64,000 nucleotides of DNA from Thermoplasmata archaeon (GTDB lineage Archaea > Thermoplasmatota > Thermoplasmata > GCA-020350865), in assembly GCA_020348445.1 (NCBI GenBank), contig CP070751.1, forward strand, positions 4,685,060 through 4,749,059, in the 5' to 3' direction. The notes under the pieces were generated by a model. That model was not told the origin of the DNA, did no database searches, and worked only from the letters and a program-made list of their open reading frames with translations. The translations under genes and the position numbers were made by a program. Positions within the stretch are counted from its first letter, which is position 1. Every line of letters begins with the position of its first letter. Positions 49,601-58,679 of the stretch are shown here, in pieces.

Positions 49601-52600
49601 ATGTTGAAGACGGAACTGTTCTGACAAATTTTGTTACACTTAACTATGACGATGCCAACGGCAATCCACAGGACGAAGAAACAGACAGTGTGGATGTAAC
49701 AGTCACTGCGCCTGTTATGACAATCTCCAAGACTGCAGATGTCTCTGAAGCCGATCCTGGCGATTATATAACCTACACCATCGAATACGAGAATACAGGT
49801 TCCGGTGATGCAACAGATGTGGTAATTGTTGATACCATAGATCCCGATACGACTTTTGTAAATGCAACTCCGGCTCCATCCAGCAAAGTTGGAGACGTAA
49901 TTACCTGGAATATCGGCACTGTTTCCGGTGGAGACTCTGGAATCATTATTCTCATTGTGAAGGTGGATGCATATGTTGAAGATGGAACTATTTTAACAAA
50001 CACTGTGACCCTTAACTACGATGATGCCAACGGTAATCCACAGGACGAGGAGACAGATTGTGTAAAAGTCACTGTTACTGCACCCGATATGACAATTTCC
50101 AAGACAGCTGATGTCTCAGAAGCCGATCCTGGCGATTATATAACCTATACCATCGAATACGAGAACACGGGTTCCGGTGACGCAACTGATGTGGTAATTG
50201 TTGATACCATAGATCCTGATACGACTTATGTAAATGCAACTCCGACTCCATCGAGTATAGTTGGAGATGTAATCACATGGAATATTGGGACTATCGCAGG
50301 AAGGGACGCAGGGAGCTTCTCCCTGATTGTGAAGGTGGATGCATATGTTGAAGATGGAACCATCCTGAGAAATACCGTGACCCTGAATTACGATGATGCT
50401 AACGGAAATCCACAGGACGAAGAGTCAGATTACGTGGATGTAACTGTCACTGCACCTGATATGACAATCTCCAAGACTGCAAATGTCTCAGAGGCCGATC
50501 CTGGCGATTATATAACCTACACCATCGAATACGAGAACACGGGTTCCGGTGACGCAACAGATGTCGTGATTGTTGATACCATAGATCCAGACACGACTTA
50601 TGTGAATGCAACTCCAGCTCCATCGAGCATAGTTGGGGATGTTATAACCTGGAATATCGGTTTGGTGGCCAAAGAAACCGGCGGGAGCATAGAATTGATA
50701 GTAAAAGTGGATATTGGTACACCCGACGGTACATTACTATGCAATTATGTTACTCTCAACTATGATGATGCTAATGGAAATCCACAACCTGAAGAAAGCG
50801 ATTGTGCAGATGTAACTGTTACAGCCCCGAAAATGACCTTCAAAAAATCTGCAGATGTCACACATGCAGATCCTGGGGATCCAATTGTATACACCCTGAC
50901 CTATGAAAACAAGGGAAGCGGAGATGCAACACTTGTTGTTGTTACGGACACCATACCTTCTGATGTGACCTATGTGAGCTCAAATCCAGTCTATGACAGT
51001 GTTAGTGGAAACACCTATACATGGAACATAGGAACTGTTGCAGGATATTCCAGCGGCACCATCACATTAACAGTCAAGGTAAATGTTGGTGTCGCCGATG
51101 GCACAGTGCTTCACAACGAGGCCACATTGGATTATGCAGATGCAAATGGTAACTACTATCCACAGCTTCAAGATGATGCAGACGTTACTGTCACTGCCCC
51201 TGACATGACCATTACCAAAACAGCCAATGTAAGCGAGGTGGATCCAGGGGACACTATTGTATATACCCTATTTTATGAAAACCATGGAAGCGGTGTTGCC
51301 ACAGATGTTGTTGTGACAGATACAATACCTTTGCACACGACTTTTGTAATCTCAGATCCAGTTCATGACAGCGTTAGCGGAAGGACATATACATGGAATA
51401 TCGGAACTGTTGCTGGATATGGCAGCGGGACAATAACAATAAATGTCACAGTGGATGCTGGAACACCTGATCAAACAGTATTACGCAACGACGCTACATT
51501 GGATTACGACGATGCCAATGGTAATCCCTATCCCCAGGAAACAGATTATGCCTGTGTTACAGTTACGGCCCCGGAAATGAGCATCACAAAAACAGCAAAT
51601 GTCGAAACTGCAGACCCTGGTGATCAAATAACATATACAATCGTTTTTGAAAACAGTGGAACTGGAAATGCAACCAATGTCTGGATAAATGATACGATCC
51701 CTGCCGATACAACTTATGGTTCTTCATCGCCAACTTATGATTACAACAATGGCGATACCTACATGTGGTATTATGCTCTCATTGGACCGGGTGCCTCGGT
51801 AACCATTTCCATTGTAGTTAAGGTGGATGTGGGTACTCCTGACAAAACACTTTTGCATAACTCTGTGACCCTGGATTATGCCGACGACAATGGTAATCCA
51901 TTACCACAGGAATCGGATTTTGCTAATGTCAATGTTACAGCACCTGTAATGACCATTATAAAGTCAGCTGATGTTTCTTATGCAGACCCAGGTGATACGA
52001 TTGAATACACAATAGAATATGAAAATACAGGATCCGGGTGGGCCTCACTTGTTGAGATCGTCGATACGATACCTGCTGATACGACCTTTTTAAACTCAAC
52101 GCCCTCACCTACCAGCTCCGCCGGAGATGTATATACCTGGACAATAGGTGATGTAGCACCAGGTGCAAGCGGGACCATAACAATTATAGTGACAGTGGAT
52201 GTGGGAACTGCTGACGAAACACTGCTTCACAATGTTGCCACTCTTGATTATGCAGATGCAAACGGCAATTACTATCCGCAGGAAAGTGATTATGCAGATG
52301 TCATCGTTACAGCGCCTGATCTTTCGATTATGAAGACCGCGAACATGTCATTAGCAAATCCCGGGGATACGATTGAGTACACAATCGAATATGAGAATTC
52401 AGGAACAGGATGGGCTTCACTTGTCGAGATTGTTGATACAATTCCTGCCGATACTACCTTTGTAGGCTCAACACCCTCACCGGATAGTTCTACTGGAGAT
52501 GTATATACCTGGACAATAGGAGACTTAGCACCAGGTGCAAGCGGGACTATAACCATAACCGTTACTGTGGATGTTGGGACACCTGATCGGACCCTTTTAC

Positions 52601-55600
52601 ACAATGTAGTTACCTTGGATTATGCAGATGCAAACGGGAACTACTATCCACAGGAAAGCGATTATGCAGATGTTGTAGTCACCGCCCCTGTCATGCACAT
52701 ATCCAAGACAGGTCCCGATTCTGCAACACCTGCCGAGCCAATCCAATACACCATCACGTATTCAAATACAGGATCCGGTCTTGCCACACTAGTTGAGGTT
52801 GTGGATAACCTGCCTGATTATGTTACCTTTGTTTCTGCCACACCAGCTCCCACATCGGTTTCGGGAAATACCTTGACCTGGGAAATCGGAGATGTGGCAA
52901 GCGGAGGAAGCGGTACGATTGTAGTAAATGTTAAAATCGATTTGGTTGTCCCTGATGGCGAAGAGCTGGTTAATTTTGTGACTCTGTACTACTCTGATGC
53001 AAACGGCAATCCTCTTCCACCAGAGAGGGATTCTGTTACAACCACAATAGAGGCTGGATCAATTGGTGATTTTGTATGGCATGATCAGAACATGAACGCT
53101 CTGTACGATCCTTCAGAGCCAGGTGTAGGAGGAATAACTGTTGTGCTTCAGGGAACCACAACTTACGGAGACGCAGTTTATCTGACAACTACAACAGATT
53201 CCAATGGTAACTATCTATTTGGAGGACTTGGACCCGGTGATTATGAGGTGGACCTGGACCTGAGCTGGGGCTGGGCGGTAACCACTCCGCATCCAATATA
53301 TGTCACCCTTGGCATTGGCATGGACTACCTTGATGCTGACTTCGGAATTGTGAAGGCCGAGATAGAAAAAACAGTTTCTCCAGATGTGGCAAAGATCGGT
53401 AATATCCTCCATGTGCATCTATGGGTAAAGAATCCCTTCGACTCTGGTGAGGTTGTGGATACCTTGCCATGGGAACTTGAATACATTGGAAATGCAATTG
53501 ACGATGACGGTGATGGTTTAATAGACGAAGAAAGGCAGGACGGCCTGGACAACGATGGTGACACTCTAATCGACGAGGATGTGGGCAACTTCCTATTCGA
53601 CGGTAACTATATCACAGGCGGGCTCAGCCTCGATGGTAACAAGGTCATATACCAGCTGCCTGGAAAGGGAATATTTACCATCGATTTCGACATCATTGTC
53701 GTGGTGGACCCAGAGGGCGAGAAGTATGTTACAAACCTTGCAGAGATAATAGTGGATGACGAGGTCATGGCATATGACACATACACGATTTTAATCAGAT
53801 ATTCTGGATTTGACAAGTACTTCCTGCCTATAAACGATCCACAGCCGCCACCTGAACCTGGCGAAATTGTGGTGGATGGATCGACTCCCGGCTACTTCTT
53901 CGACTACGGCGACGGTGATGGCATAATAGAGGTTGGGGAGCTTATATTCTGGGTCGTGGAGTACAACATAACAAACAAGTTCAACTACACCTGGACAAAC
54001 GTCAGAATGGAGGACAGATGGGGAGGAGAATATGGTGTCGGTGGAGATGGAGCAGACAACGATAACGACGGTTTAATCGATGAGGAAGCCTTCAACATGA
54101 TGGATGACGACGGTGATGGGAAGATCGACGAGGATATCGATGTCTTATGGCTATCGCAGGGGAGCGTCTCAATTACCCTGAGGGGAACTCCACCTCATAG
54201 CGACAAGGTTTATATGTATTGGGATGTGGGAACTCTTGCACCTGGTGAGACTGCCTTGCTGCGCCTCCCAGTTTTCACTGACAGAAATCCAGGAGACAAT
54301 GTAAACTTCCCCCAGGGCCATCAGAGCTTCAGTTCACCAGGATACTATATCATGAATTCAGGTGGTGTGGTCAAGTGGCTAGACGAAAGGGGAAAGCAGC
54401 ACAGCGCTCATACACTGAGGCTATATACAAATGCAACAAATGGAGGTGGAGATACAGCAACTGGCGTGTATTCAGAGCCAGCCAGCGTGACGGGATATGA
54501 GCTGCGGTACAATCCCACACTAATGGAGGGAGAGAGCCAGACCTTCCAGGTTGAGCTTTCAAATCCGTCAGAACTTGGAGTGACTGTTTTCTGGTATCTA
54601 GACGGTGAATTTGTTGGCCAGGGACCTACTTTCGAATTCATTGCTCAAGAAGCAGGGACATATATACTGACTGCCAAGACTGCTGGTGAATATCATCTCA
54701 CTGGAGTATCGCTAATTACTGTTGAGGCTGAAGAACATACATGGACAATACAAGTCTTGGAAGATACAGATCCGCAGGCTGTGATTTCCTCACCTCCAGA
54801 TGGCGCAACATTCTACGAGAACGACGAAATAACGTTCGATGGAAGCTCCAGCTACGACCTGGAATCTGCTATTACCTACGAATGGGATCTCGGAGATGGC
54901 TTTACTTCTTCCTTGCCTACACTAACCTATTCTTATGAGAACGAGGGAGATTATATTGTGACCCTGACAGTGACAGATTCCAAGGTACAATCAGGAACTT
55001 CGTACATGACAATTCATATTGTAGCAAGAATGCCCACTGCAATTATCGATAGTCCTACAATGTCCACATTCTACGAAGGTGACACAATTTACTTCAGCGG
55101 CCACGCAACATATCCAGGGGATGAATCCACGCTTACCTACATATGGGACTTCGGACATGGAAACCTCTTCTTTGGCAAGACCATTGATTACACCTTCTCA
55201 GATGATGGTGTGTATACAGTTAGTTTCACAGTAAAAGACTCTGAAGGGCACATGGATACAGTCTTTGTATACCTAACAATCCTGAATGTAGATCCCGAGG
55301 CTACAATTGACGCACCCCTTGAAGCAGAGGTTGAGGAAACAGTTCACTTCAATGCAGAGGCCAGTGATCCCGGTGACGATACCCTGACCTATGAATGGAA
55401 CTTTGGAGATGGAAGCTCCGCATATGGCAAGACTGTTACACACGAATATCTTGCCTCTGGTCAGTACGAAGTAACACTGACTGTCCGTGATGAGGATGGA
55501 GGCCAAAGTGTCATCACAACCATCATTACCATATCAGATAAGCCACCATCCGAACCTCCAATAGAAGAACCGGATGTTCCTGAGGATACCCCAGAATCAG

Positions 55601-55827
55601 GTAACGAGGAACCAACAAAGCCAGAGAAACCATCTTCAGAACCAGAAAAACCACCCCACTCAGGTACCAAACCAAGCGACGATCCAACAAAATCAAATAA
55701 GAACAAGGATAAGAAGCTCGATATTATAGCAGTAATTCCAGTGTATGCAATTCTTGCAGCTATTGTATTTGCAATGAACATATTGACATCTGGGACCTAC
55801 TATCAGATACGAAGAAGGAGATTTTAA
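46624..55827 (+). CDS. Giant (3067 aa) membrane-anchored adhesin-like paralog: same head domain, ~15 DUF11 modules, SdrD-B-like domain, 2 divergent DUF11-like domains with DxDxDG inserts, ~3 PKD domains, Pro/Glu linker, TM helix, basic tail
   Basis: Head domain near-identical to gene 1. GSIGDFVWHD.N.N..YD..EPG (SdrD-B-like); Y.WD(L/F)GDG PKD motifs; C-terminus IIAVIPVYAILAAIVFAMNIL...YYQIRRRRF; GAGGTGA RBS. Confidence 0.9.
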   Translation: MRGKGKGVLAVKKANSIVVMTLLVIGTLVLAVTPPGEEPDHIEDWPDESEWINYTFRGERIRDWEDKPYENDPTHGIANVQPDAVDIASGVDASGGGAENNPGNFTSVQYVYKDVNGDSVGCENIEDDWLFLRMRVAGDPRATGGKYMYKAYHWDILIEVDGDLWSEFVVDLNGGDGYFKWGTVGVYYNNTEDYEYDPDNDWVWLQEASKAKNKFTRPVLIDYGTDTEDDDQWWIEYRIPVTAFTDYDDNQLLCSNTGFLLFFSTSASLTNPLQKDWMGEYIFGQPANITVEKTVEEGTVAPGDTLHYKIYYNNTGDFNANHVWVNDTIPEYTTFLDCSPAYDSVDDRTYRWYFTDVEPGNYTIYLNVTVDAGVPDGTILRNVVALNYTDHQDNELPGSEDETENPVEGPDMTFTKEADSSTANPGDTLTYTLTYENTGSGGAYNVVITDTLPDYVELDYSDPAPTSEVGNILTWEFDVVPGNSVNYIYIYVIVDPYTEDGTYLVNYATLEYEDVNENLYPSLEDWANVTVTAPMMTISKTADVAEADPGDYITYTIEYENTGSGDATDVVIVDTIDPDTTFVNATPAQSIKVGDVITWNIGTVSGGGSGTIILIVKVDAYVEDGIILRNTVTLNYNDANGNPQDEESDYVDVTVTAPDMTISKTADKTEANPGDQITYTIEYENTGTGDATDVVIVDTIDPDTTFVSASPSPSSVVGDVITWNFGTVSGGGSGTITLIVEVDPYVEDGTVLTNTVTLNYDDANDNPQDEETDSVDVTVTAPGMTITKTADVSEADPGDYITYTISYENTGSGDATDVVIVDTIDPDTTFVNATPAPSSEVGDVLTWNIGTVSGGGSGIIILIVKVDAYVEDGTILRNTVTLNYDDANGNPQDEESDYVDVTVTAPDMTISKTADVSEADPGDQITYTIEYENTGTGDATDVVIVDTIHPDTTYVSATPAPSSIVGDVITWNLGTVSGGGSGSITLIVEVDAYVEDGTVLTNFVTLNYDDANGNPQDEETDSVDVTVTAPVMTISKTADVSEADPGDYITYTIEYENTGSGDATDVVIVDTIDPDTTFVNATPAPSSKVGDVITWNIGTVSGGDSGIIILIVKVDAYVEDGTILTNTVTLNYDDANGNPQDEETDCVKVTVTAPDMTISKTADVSEADPGDYITYTIEYENTGSGDATDVVIVDTIDPDTTYVNATPTPSSIVGDVITWNIGTIAGRDAGSFSLIVKVDAYVEDGTILRNTVTLNYDDANGNPQDEESDYVDVTVTAPDMTISKTANVSEADPGDYITYTIEYENTGSGDATDVVIVDTIDPDTTYVNATPAPSSIVGDVITWNIGLVAKETGGSIELIVKVDIGTPDGTLLCNYVTLNYDDANGNPQPEESDCADVTVTAPKMTFKKSADVTHADPGDPIVYTLTYENKGSGDATLVVVTDTIPSDVTYVSSNPVYDSVSGNTYTWNIGTVAGYSSGTITLTVKVNVGVADGTVLHNEATLDYADANGNYYPQLQDDADVTVTAPDMTITKTANVSEVDPGDTIVYTLFYENHGSGVATDVVVTDTIPLHTTFVISDPVHDSVSGRTYTWNIGTVAGYGSGTITINVTVDAGTPDQTVLRNDATLDYDDANGNPYPQETDYACVTVTAPEMSITKTANVETADPGDQITYTIVFENSGTGNATNVWINDTIPADTTYGSSSPTYDYNNGDTYMWYYALIGPGASVTISIVVKVDVGTPDKTLLHNSVTLDYADDNGNPLPQESDFANVNVTAPVMTIIKSADVSYADPGDTIEYTIEYENTGSGWASLVEIVDTIPADTTFLNSTPSPTSSAGDVYTWTIGDVAPGASGTITIIVTVDVGTADETLLHNVATLDYADANGNYYPQESDYADVIVTAPDLSIMKTANMSLANPGDTIEYTIEYENSGTGWASLVEIVDTIPADTTFVGSTPSPDSSTGDVYTWTIGDLAPGASGTITITVTVDVGTPDRTLLHNVVTLDYADANGNYYPQESDYADVVVTAPVMHISKTGPDSATPAEPIQYTITYSNTGSGLATLVEVVDNLPDYVTFVSATPAPTSVSGNTLTWEIGDVASGGSGTIVVNVKIDLVVPDGEELVNFVTLYYSDANGNPLPPERDSVTTTIEAGSIGDFVWHDQNMNALYDPSEPGVGGITVVLQGTTTYGDAVYLTTTTDSNGNYLFGGLGPGDYEVDLDLSWGWAVTTPHPIYVTLGIGMDYLDADFGIVKAEIEKTVSPDVAKIGNILHVHLWVKNPFDSGEVVDTLPWELEYIGNAIDDDGDGLIDEERQDGLDNDGDTLIDEDVGNFLFDGNYITGGLSLDGNKVIYQLPGKGIFTIDFDIIVVVDPEGEKYVTNLAEIIVDDEVMAYDTYTILIRYSGFDKYFLPINDPQPPPEPGEIVVDGSTPGYFFDYGDGDGIIEVGELIFWVVEYNITNKFNYTWTNVRMEDRWGGEYGVGGDGADNDNDGLIDEEAFNMMDDDGDGKIDEDIDVLWLSQGSVSITLRGTPPHSDKVYMYWDVGTLAPGETALLRLPVFTDRNPGDNVNFPQGHQSFSSPGYYIMNSGGVVKWLDERGKQHSAHTLRLYTNATNGGGDTATGVYSEPASVTGYELRYNPTLMEGESQTFQVELSNPSELGVTVFWYLDGEFVGQGPTFEFIAQEAGTYILTAKTAGEYHLTGVSLITVEAEEHTWTIQVLEDTDPQAVISSPPDGATFYENDEITFDGSSSYDLESAITYEWDLGDGFTSSLPTLTYSYENEGDYIVTLTVTDSKVQSGTSYMTIHIVARMPTAIIDSPTMSTFYEGDTIYFSGHATYPGDESTLTYIWDFGHGNLFFGKTIDYTFSDDGVYTVSFTVKDSEGHMDTVFVYLTILNVDPEATIDAPLEAEVEETVHFNAEASDPGDDTLTYEWNFGDGSSAYGKTVTHEYLASGQYEVTLTVRDEDGGQSVITTIITISDKPPSEPPIEEPDVPEDTPESGNEEPTKPEKPSSEPEKPPHSGTKPSDDPTKSNKNKDKKLDIIAVIPVYAILAAIVFAMNILTSGTYYQIRRRRF

Positions 55828-55829
55828 TC

Positions 55830-55854
55830 TCCTTTATTTTTTTTATTTTTCATT
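55830..55854 (+). terminator. T-rich archaeal terminator after giant gene 2
   Basis: TCCTTTATTTTTTTTATTTTTCATT directly after the stop. Confidence 0.55.
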
Positions 55855-55893
55855 CTTGTATTGAAAAGATTTTAAATCCTTTAATCTTATATC

Positions 55894-56934
55894 ATGAGCA
55901 TGAAATCTCCTTGTATTGTAGTGCCTAAGAAGAAAGGGGAAGAAGTGCGCAAGGCTCTTATCGATAAAGGATTATTGAATATAGAGCTGGCCATCAATAG
56001 AGATGAGGAATTCCTTTACCTCCCATTAGTTGGCGGTGAGAGGGGGAAAGAAGTCCTAGGATACGAGGTAATTGAACGGGACTTTCAGGTTTTGGAAAGA
56101 GGAACAAAGAGTTACAAAGAGCTATTGGATCTTTCTGATGAACTCAAATCCAAATTGCCCACCTCCTTTGATGTCGTTGGAAATGTTGCCATAATAAAAC
56201 TGCAAGATGAGGTTCTAGAATACAAAGAGATAATAGGTAAGGCTTTGCTTTCAGCCAACAAGAGCATAGAAACCGTTGCATTGGATCGGGGGGTTGTTGG
56301 TGAGGAAAGGGTAAGAAACCTGGAAGTCGTGGCAGGTCAGGCGAGTACTGAGACTGTTCACAAGGAATACGGCATTGAACTGGAAACTGACCCTGCCAAC
56401 GTTTACTTCTCTCCCCGTCTGGCAACTGAGCACTGGAGGATTGCCCAGATGGTGGAGGATGGTGATGTGGTAATAGACATGTTCTGCGGAATCGGACCTT
56501 TTTCGATTCTCATTGCCAAGAATAGAAAGCCCAAGATGATATATGCCATCGATATTAACGAGAAAGCCATTGGTTATCTTAGAAAGAATATTGAAAGGAA
56601 CAAGGTATCAAATATAGAACCTACACATGGTGATTCGAAAGTTATTGTCCCCAAACTTGAGCATGCAGATAGGATCATCATGAACCTACCCCACTCGGCC
56701 TTTGAATATCTGTCTTCTGCTTTTTCTAACATTAAAGATAAAGGGACCATTCATTACTATGAAATTCTGGGTCATGAAAAGAAGGAGGAAAGGTGGGTTG
56801 AAATAGATAAGGAAGCATCCAATCGAGGCATAAAATTAGAAAAGTTGGGTGAAAGGGAGGTCCATACCTACTCTCCAGAATCAAGCTTGTACTGTTTTGA
56901 TTTTAAGGTCAGTAAGGGGAAAGGCCATGTATGA
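55894..56934 (+). CDS. trm5: tRNA (guanine-37-N1) methyltransferase, Trm5/Taw2 superfamily
   Basis: N-terminal D1 domain, SFDVVGNVAII, VYFSPRLATE, DMFCGIGPF, IIMNLP. Confidence 0.88.
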   Translation: MSMKSPCIVVPKKKGEEVRKALIDKGLLNIELAINRDEEFLYLPLVGGERGKEVLGYEVIERDFQVLERGTKSYKELLDLSDELKSKLPTSFDVVGNVAIIKLQDEVLEYKEIIGKALLSANKSIETVALDRGVVGEERVRNLEVVAGQASTETVHKEYGIELETDPANVYFSPRLATEHWRIAQMVEDGDVVIDMFCGIGPFSILIAKNRKPKMIYAIDINEKAIGYLRKNIERNKVSNIEPTHGDSKVIVPKLEHADRIIMNLPHSAFEYLSSAFSNIKDKGTIHYYEILGHEKKEERWVEIDKEASNRGIKLEKLGEREVHTYSPESSLYCFDFKVSKGKGHV

Positions 56935-57682
56935 CCCAATAAAAAGAACAGAGACCCTGGAAAAATATGCATTTAAAGGAGAAAGCAGGGCCTATTATCG
57001 CTTCCGGCCAGCTAAGTGGTATGGAGGTATAGTCACAGGGGATGTGACCTGCTGTAACCTTCTATGCGCCTTCTGCTGGGCAGGTGATAAAATAAGGCAT
57101 CACCCAGGGCAAGTTGGTAAGTTCTATACTCCTGAAGAGGTCTTCAAGAAGCTGTGCTCAATAGGTGATAAAAAAGGATACAGATTGATGAGGCTCTCGG
57201 GTCAGGAGCCCACAATTGGAAGGGAGCATCTGTTAAAACTCCTTTCGCTCGTTGATAAAACAAAGTACAGGTTCATTCTCGAGACCAACGGAATTCTAAT
57301 CGGCCATGAAAAGGAATATGCTGAAGCCCTTTCCAAATTCAAAAACCTCCATGTCAGAGTCTCGCTGAAAGGCACGAATGAGGAGGAATTTTCTGCCCTA
57401 ACCGACGCAAATCCCGAGGGATTTTCCCTTCAACTCAAAGGACTTGAAAACCTGGTTGCAGCTGGTGTCTCCTGTCACCCTTCAGTTATGGTATCCTTCT
57501 CTGACCCAGGGAATATAAGAAAATTGGGGGAGCGTCTTGCAGCCGTGGCCCCCTTCCTAAAAAAGGAGATGGAAATAGAGGAGCTGATTTTATATCCCCA
57601 TGTTACCAAGCGTCTAAAAGACACGGATTTTAAATATAGAGTTGGACACGATCCCGGGTGTGTTCCAAAAGAATTGATTTGA
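56927..57682 (+). CDS. Radical SAM protein of an uncharacterised archaeal-type family
   Basis: CNLLCAFC (CxxxCxxC), RLSGQEP, ILETNG, VRVSLKG. Start ATG 56927 overlaps the trm5 stop by 8 nt. Confidence 0.88.
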   Translation: MYDPIKRTETLEKYAFKGESRAYYRFRPAKWYGGIVTGDVTCCNLLCAFCWAGDKIRHHPGQVGKFYTPEEVFKKLCSIGDKKGYRLMRLSGQEPTIGREHLLKLLSLVDKTKYRFILETNGILIGHEKEYAEALSKFKNLHVRVSLKGTNEEEFSALTDANPEGFSLQLKGLENLVAAGVSCHPSVMVSFSDPGNIRKLGERLAAVAPFLKKEMEIEELILYPHVTKRLKDTDFKYRVGHDPGCVPKELI

Positions 57683-57726
57683 CCTTATAGGTAGAATCCT
57701 TTAGAATAGTAATCCCATTGAAATAT

Positions 57727-58449
57727 TCAATCTACCTTTTCAAGGGCATTTCGGCCTTCATGCGATTGAATTTGCCAGATTCCTTGTTGTTCGTAGTACT
57801 CAAAAATCCCAGTGAAAACAACATCGTCGCCATATTGTATCCTCATCTCATCCCTATCCACAAACTGGGTGATGTTGAAAACAATGCAGTTCACAGAGTA
57901 ATATCCATCATCGCTTGTATTTTGAAGGGTGAACGTGAAAGCTTTGATGCTCTCTATTTCTTCGATCTTCCAGACATTGCCCCTGACCACCACCTGTACA
58001 CCCTCAAAAACCTCGGGCCTTTTGAGGATGACATTTAAAGGAATGATGTTGTTAGCTGCAGTTTGAAGAAGCTCGATTCCCTCGGAAGACATAACGTGAA
58101 TAAGAATCTCACCTTTGTAATCCTCCACAAGTCCCGAGACCCTGATCTTAGCCCCCGGAATCAATTTATCCTGATGATCAAGATTTTCCACGGCATCTGA
58201 ATCCACGTTCACTTCCACGGTTTTACCAGATTCGTAATCCACCAATATGAGTGAAAGGTCCCCGTCCTGCCAGGTCTTTACCTCTTTGATATTGCCCTCG
58301 ACCTCCACCATACTTCCAATGTACTTCGGCCCCAAATCGCCGATGGACACTGTCTTTTCCTCTATCATAACGGCATAGGCATAGATCCCGAAGATACCGA
58401 TAAGCGAAATAAGAATCACAAGTAAGATGAGCTTCGGCTTTTCCATCAT
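57727..58449 (-). CDS. Membrane-anchored protein with two OB-fold domains
   Basis: N-terminal TM helix. Two similar units: G.MVEVEG.I...PGAKIRVSGLVEDYKGE and GVQVVVRG.V...GDDVVFTG.FEYY..IWQI. Confidence 0.75.
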   Translation of the reverse strand: MMEKPKLILLVILISLIGIFGIYAYAVMIEEKTVSIGDLGPKYIGSMVEVEGNIKEVKTWQDGDLSLILVDYESGKTVEVNVDSDAVENLDHQDKLIPGAKIRVSGLVEDYKGEILIHVMSSEGIELLQTAANNIIPLNVILKRPEVFEGVQVVVRGNVWKIEEIESIKAFTFTLQNTSDDGYYSVNCIVFNITQFVDRDEMRIQYGDDVVFTGIFEYYEQQGIWQIQSHEGRNALEKVD

Positions 58450-58550
58450 GTAAAAGGGGGTATGGATGATAAGGGTAATAAAATATACTCTTTTGGGCCC
58501 CTCTCCTACTCTGTATTATATTTGGGGCGTAACTAAGAAAAGTAAAAAAA

Positions 58551-58679
58551 GCCACTGAAGGGATTTTGGAACCTAAAACTTTTTGAGACTCGCCTGCGCT
58601 GGCCAATGCTCACCAAAAAGTTTCAGCCATCCAAAAACCTCGCATTGGCCTGCTCGGCTCGCATTTTGAAAAAAGAAAG
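58551..58679. repeat. Duplicate of the tRNA-Thr 3' end (att-like) plus a 114-nt spacer with two interleaved inverted repeats
   Basis: GCCACTGAAGGGATTT at 58551-58566 equals 58681-58696. Inverted repeats at 58576-85/58614-23 (10 bp) and 58601-09/58642-50 (9 bp). Confidence 0.85.

Noticed and set aside
32075-55781. Many 60-140 aa antisense or alternate-frame ORFs inside the giant genes
   Set aside because: They recur with the repeat period and are by-products of biased codon usage in the real frame.
46180-55827. PGF-CTERM or other archaeosortase signals at the giant protein C-termini
   Set aside because: TM helix and basic tail are present, but no PGF/PEF-like motif precedes the helix.
56927-57682. 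Calling the radical SAM protein Taw1 or MoaA
   Set aside because: Length and motifs outside CxxxCxxC do not match what I recall for either family.
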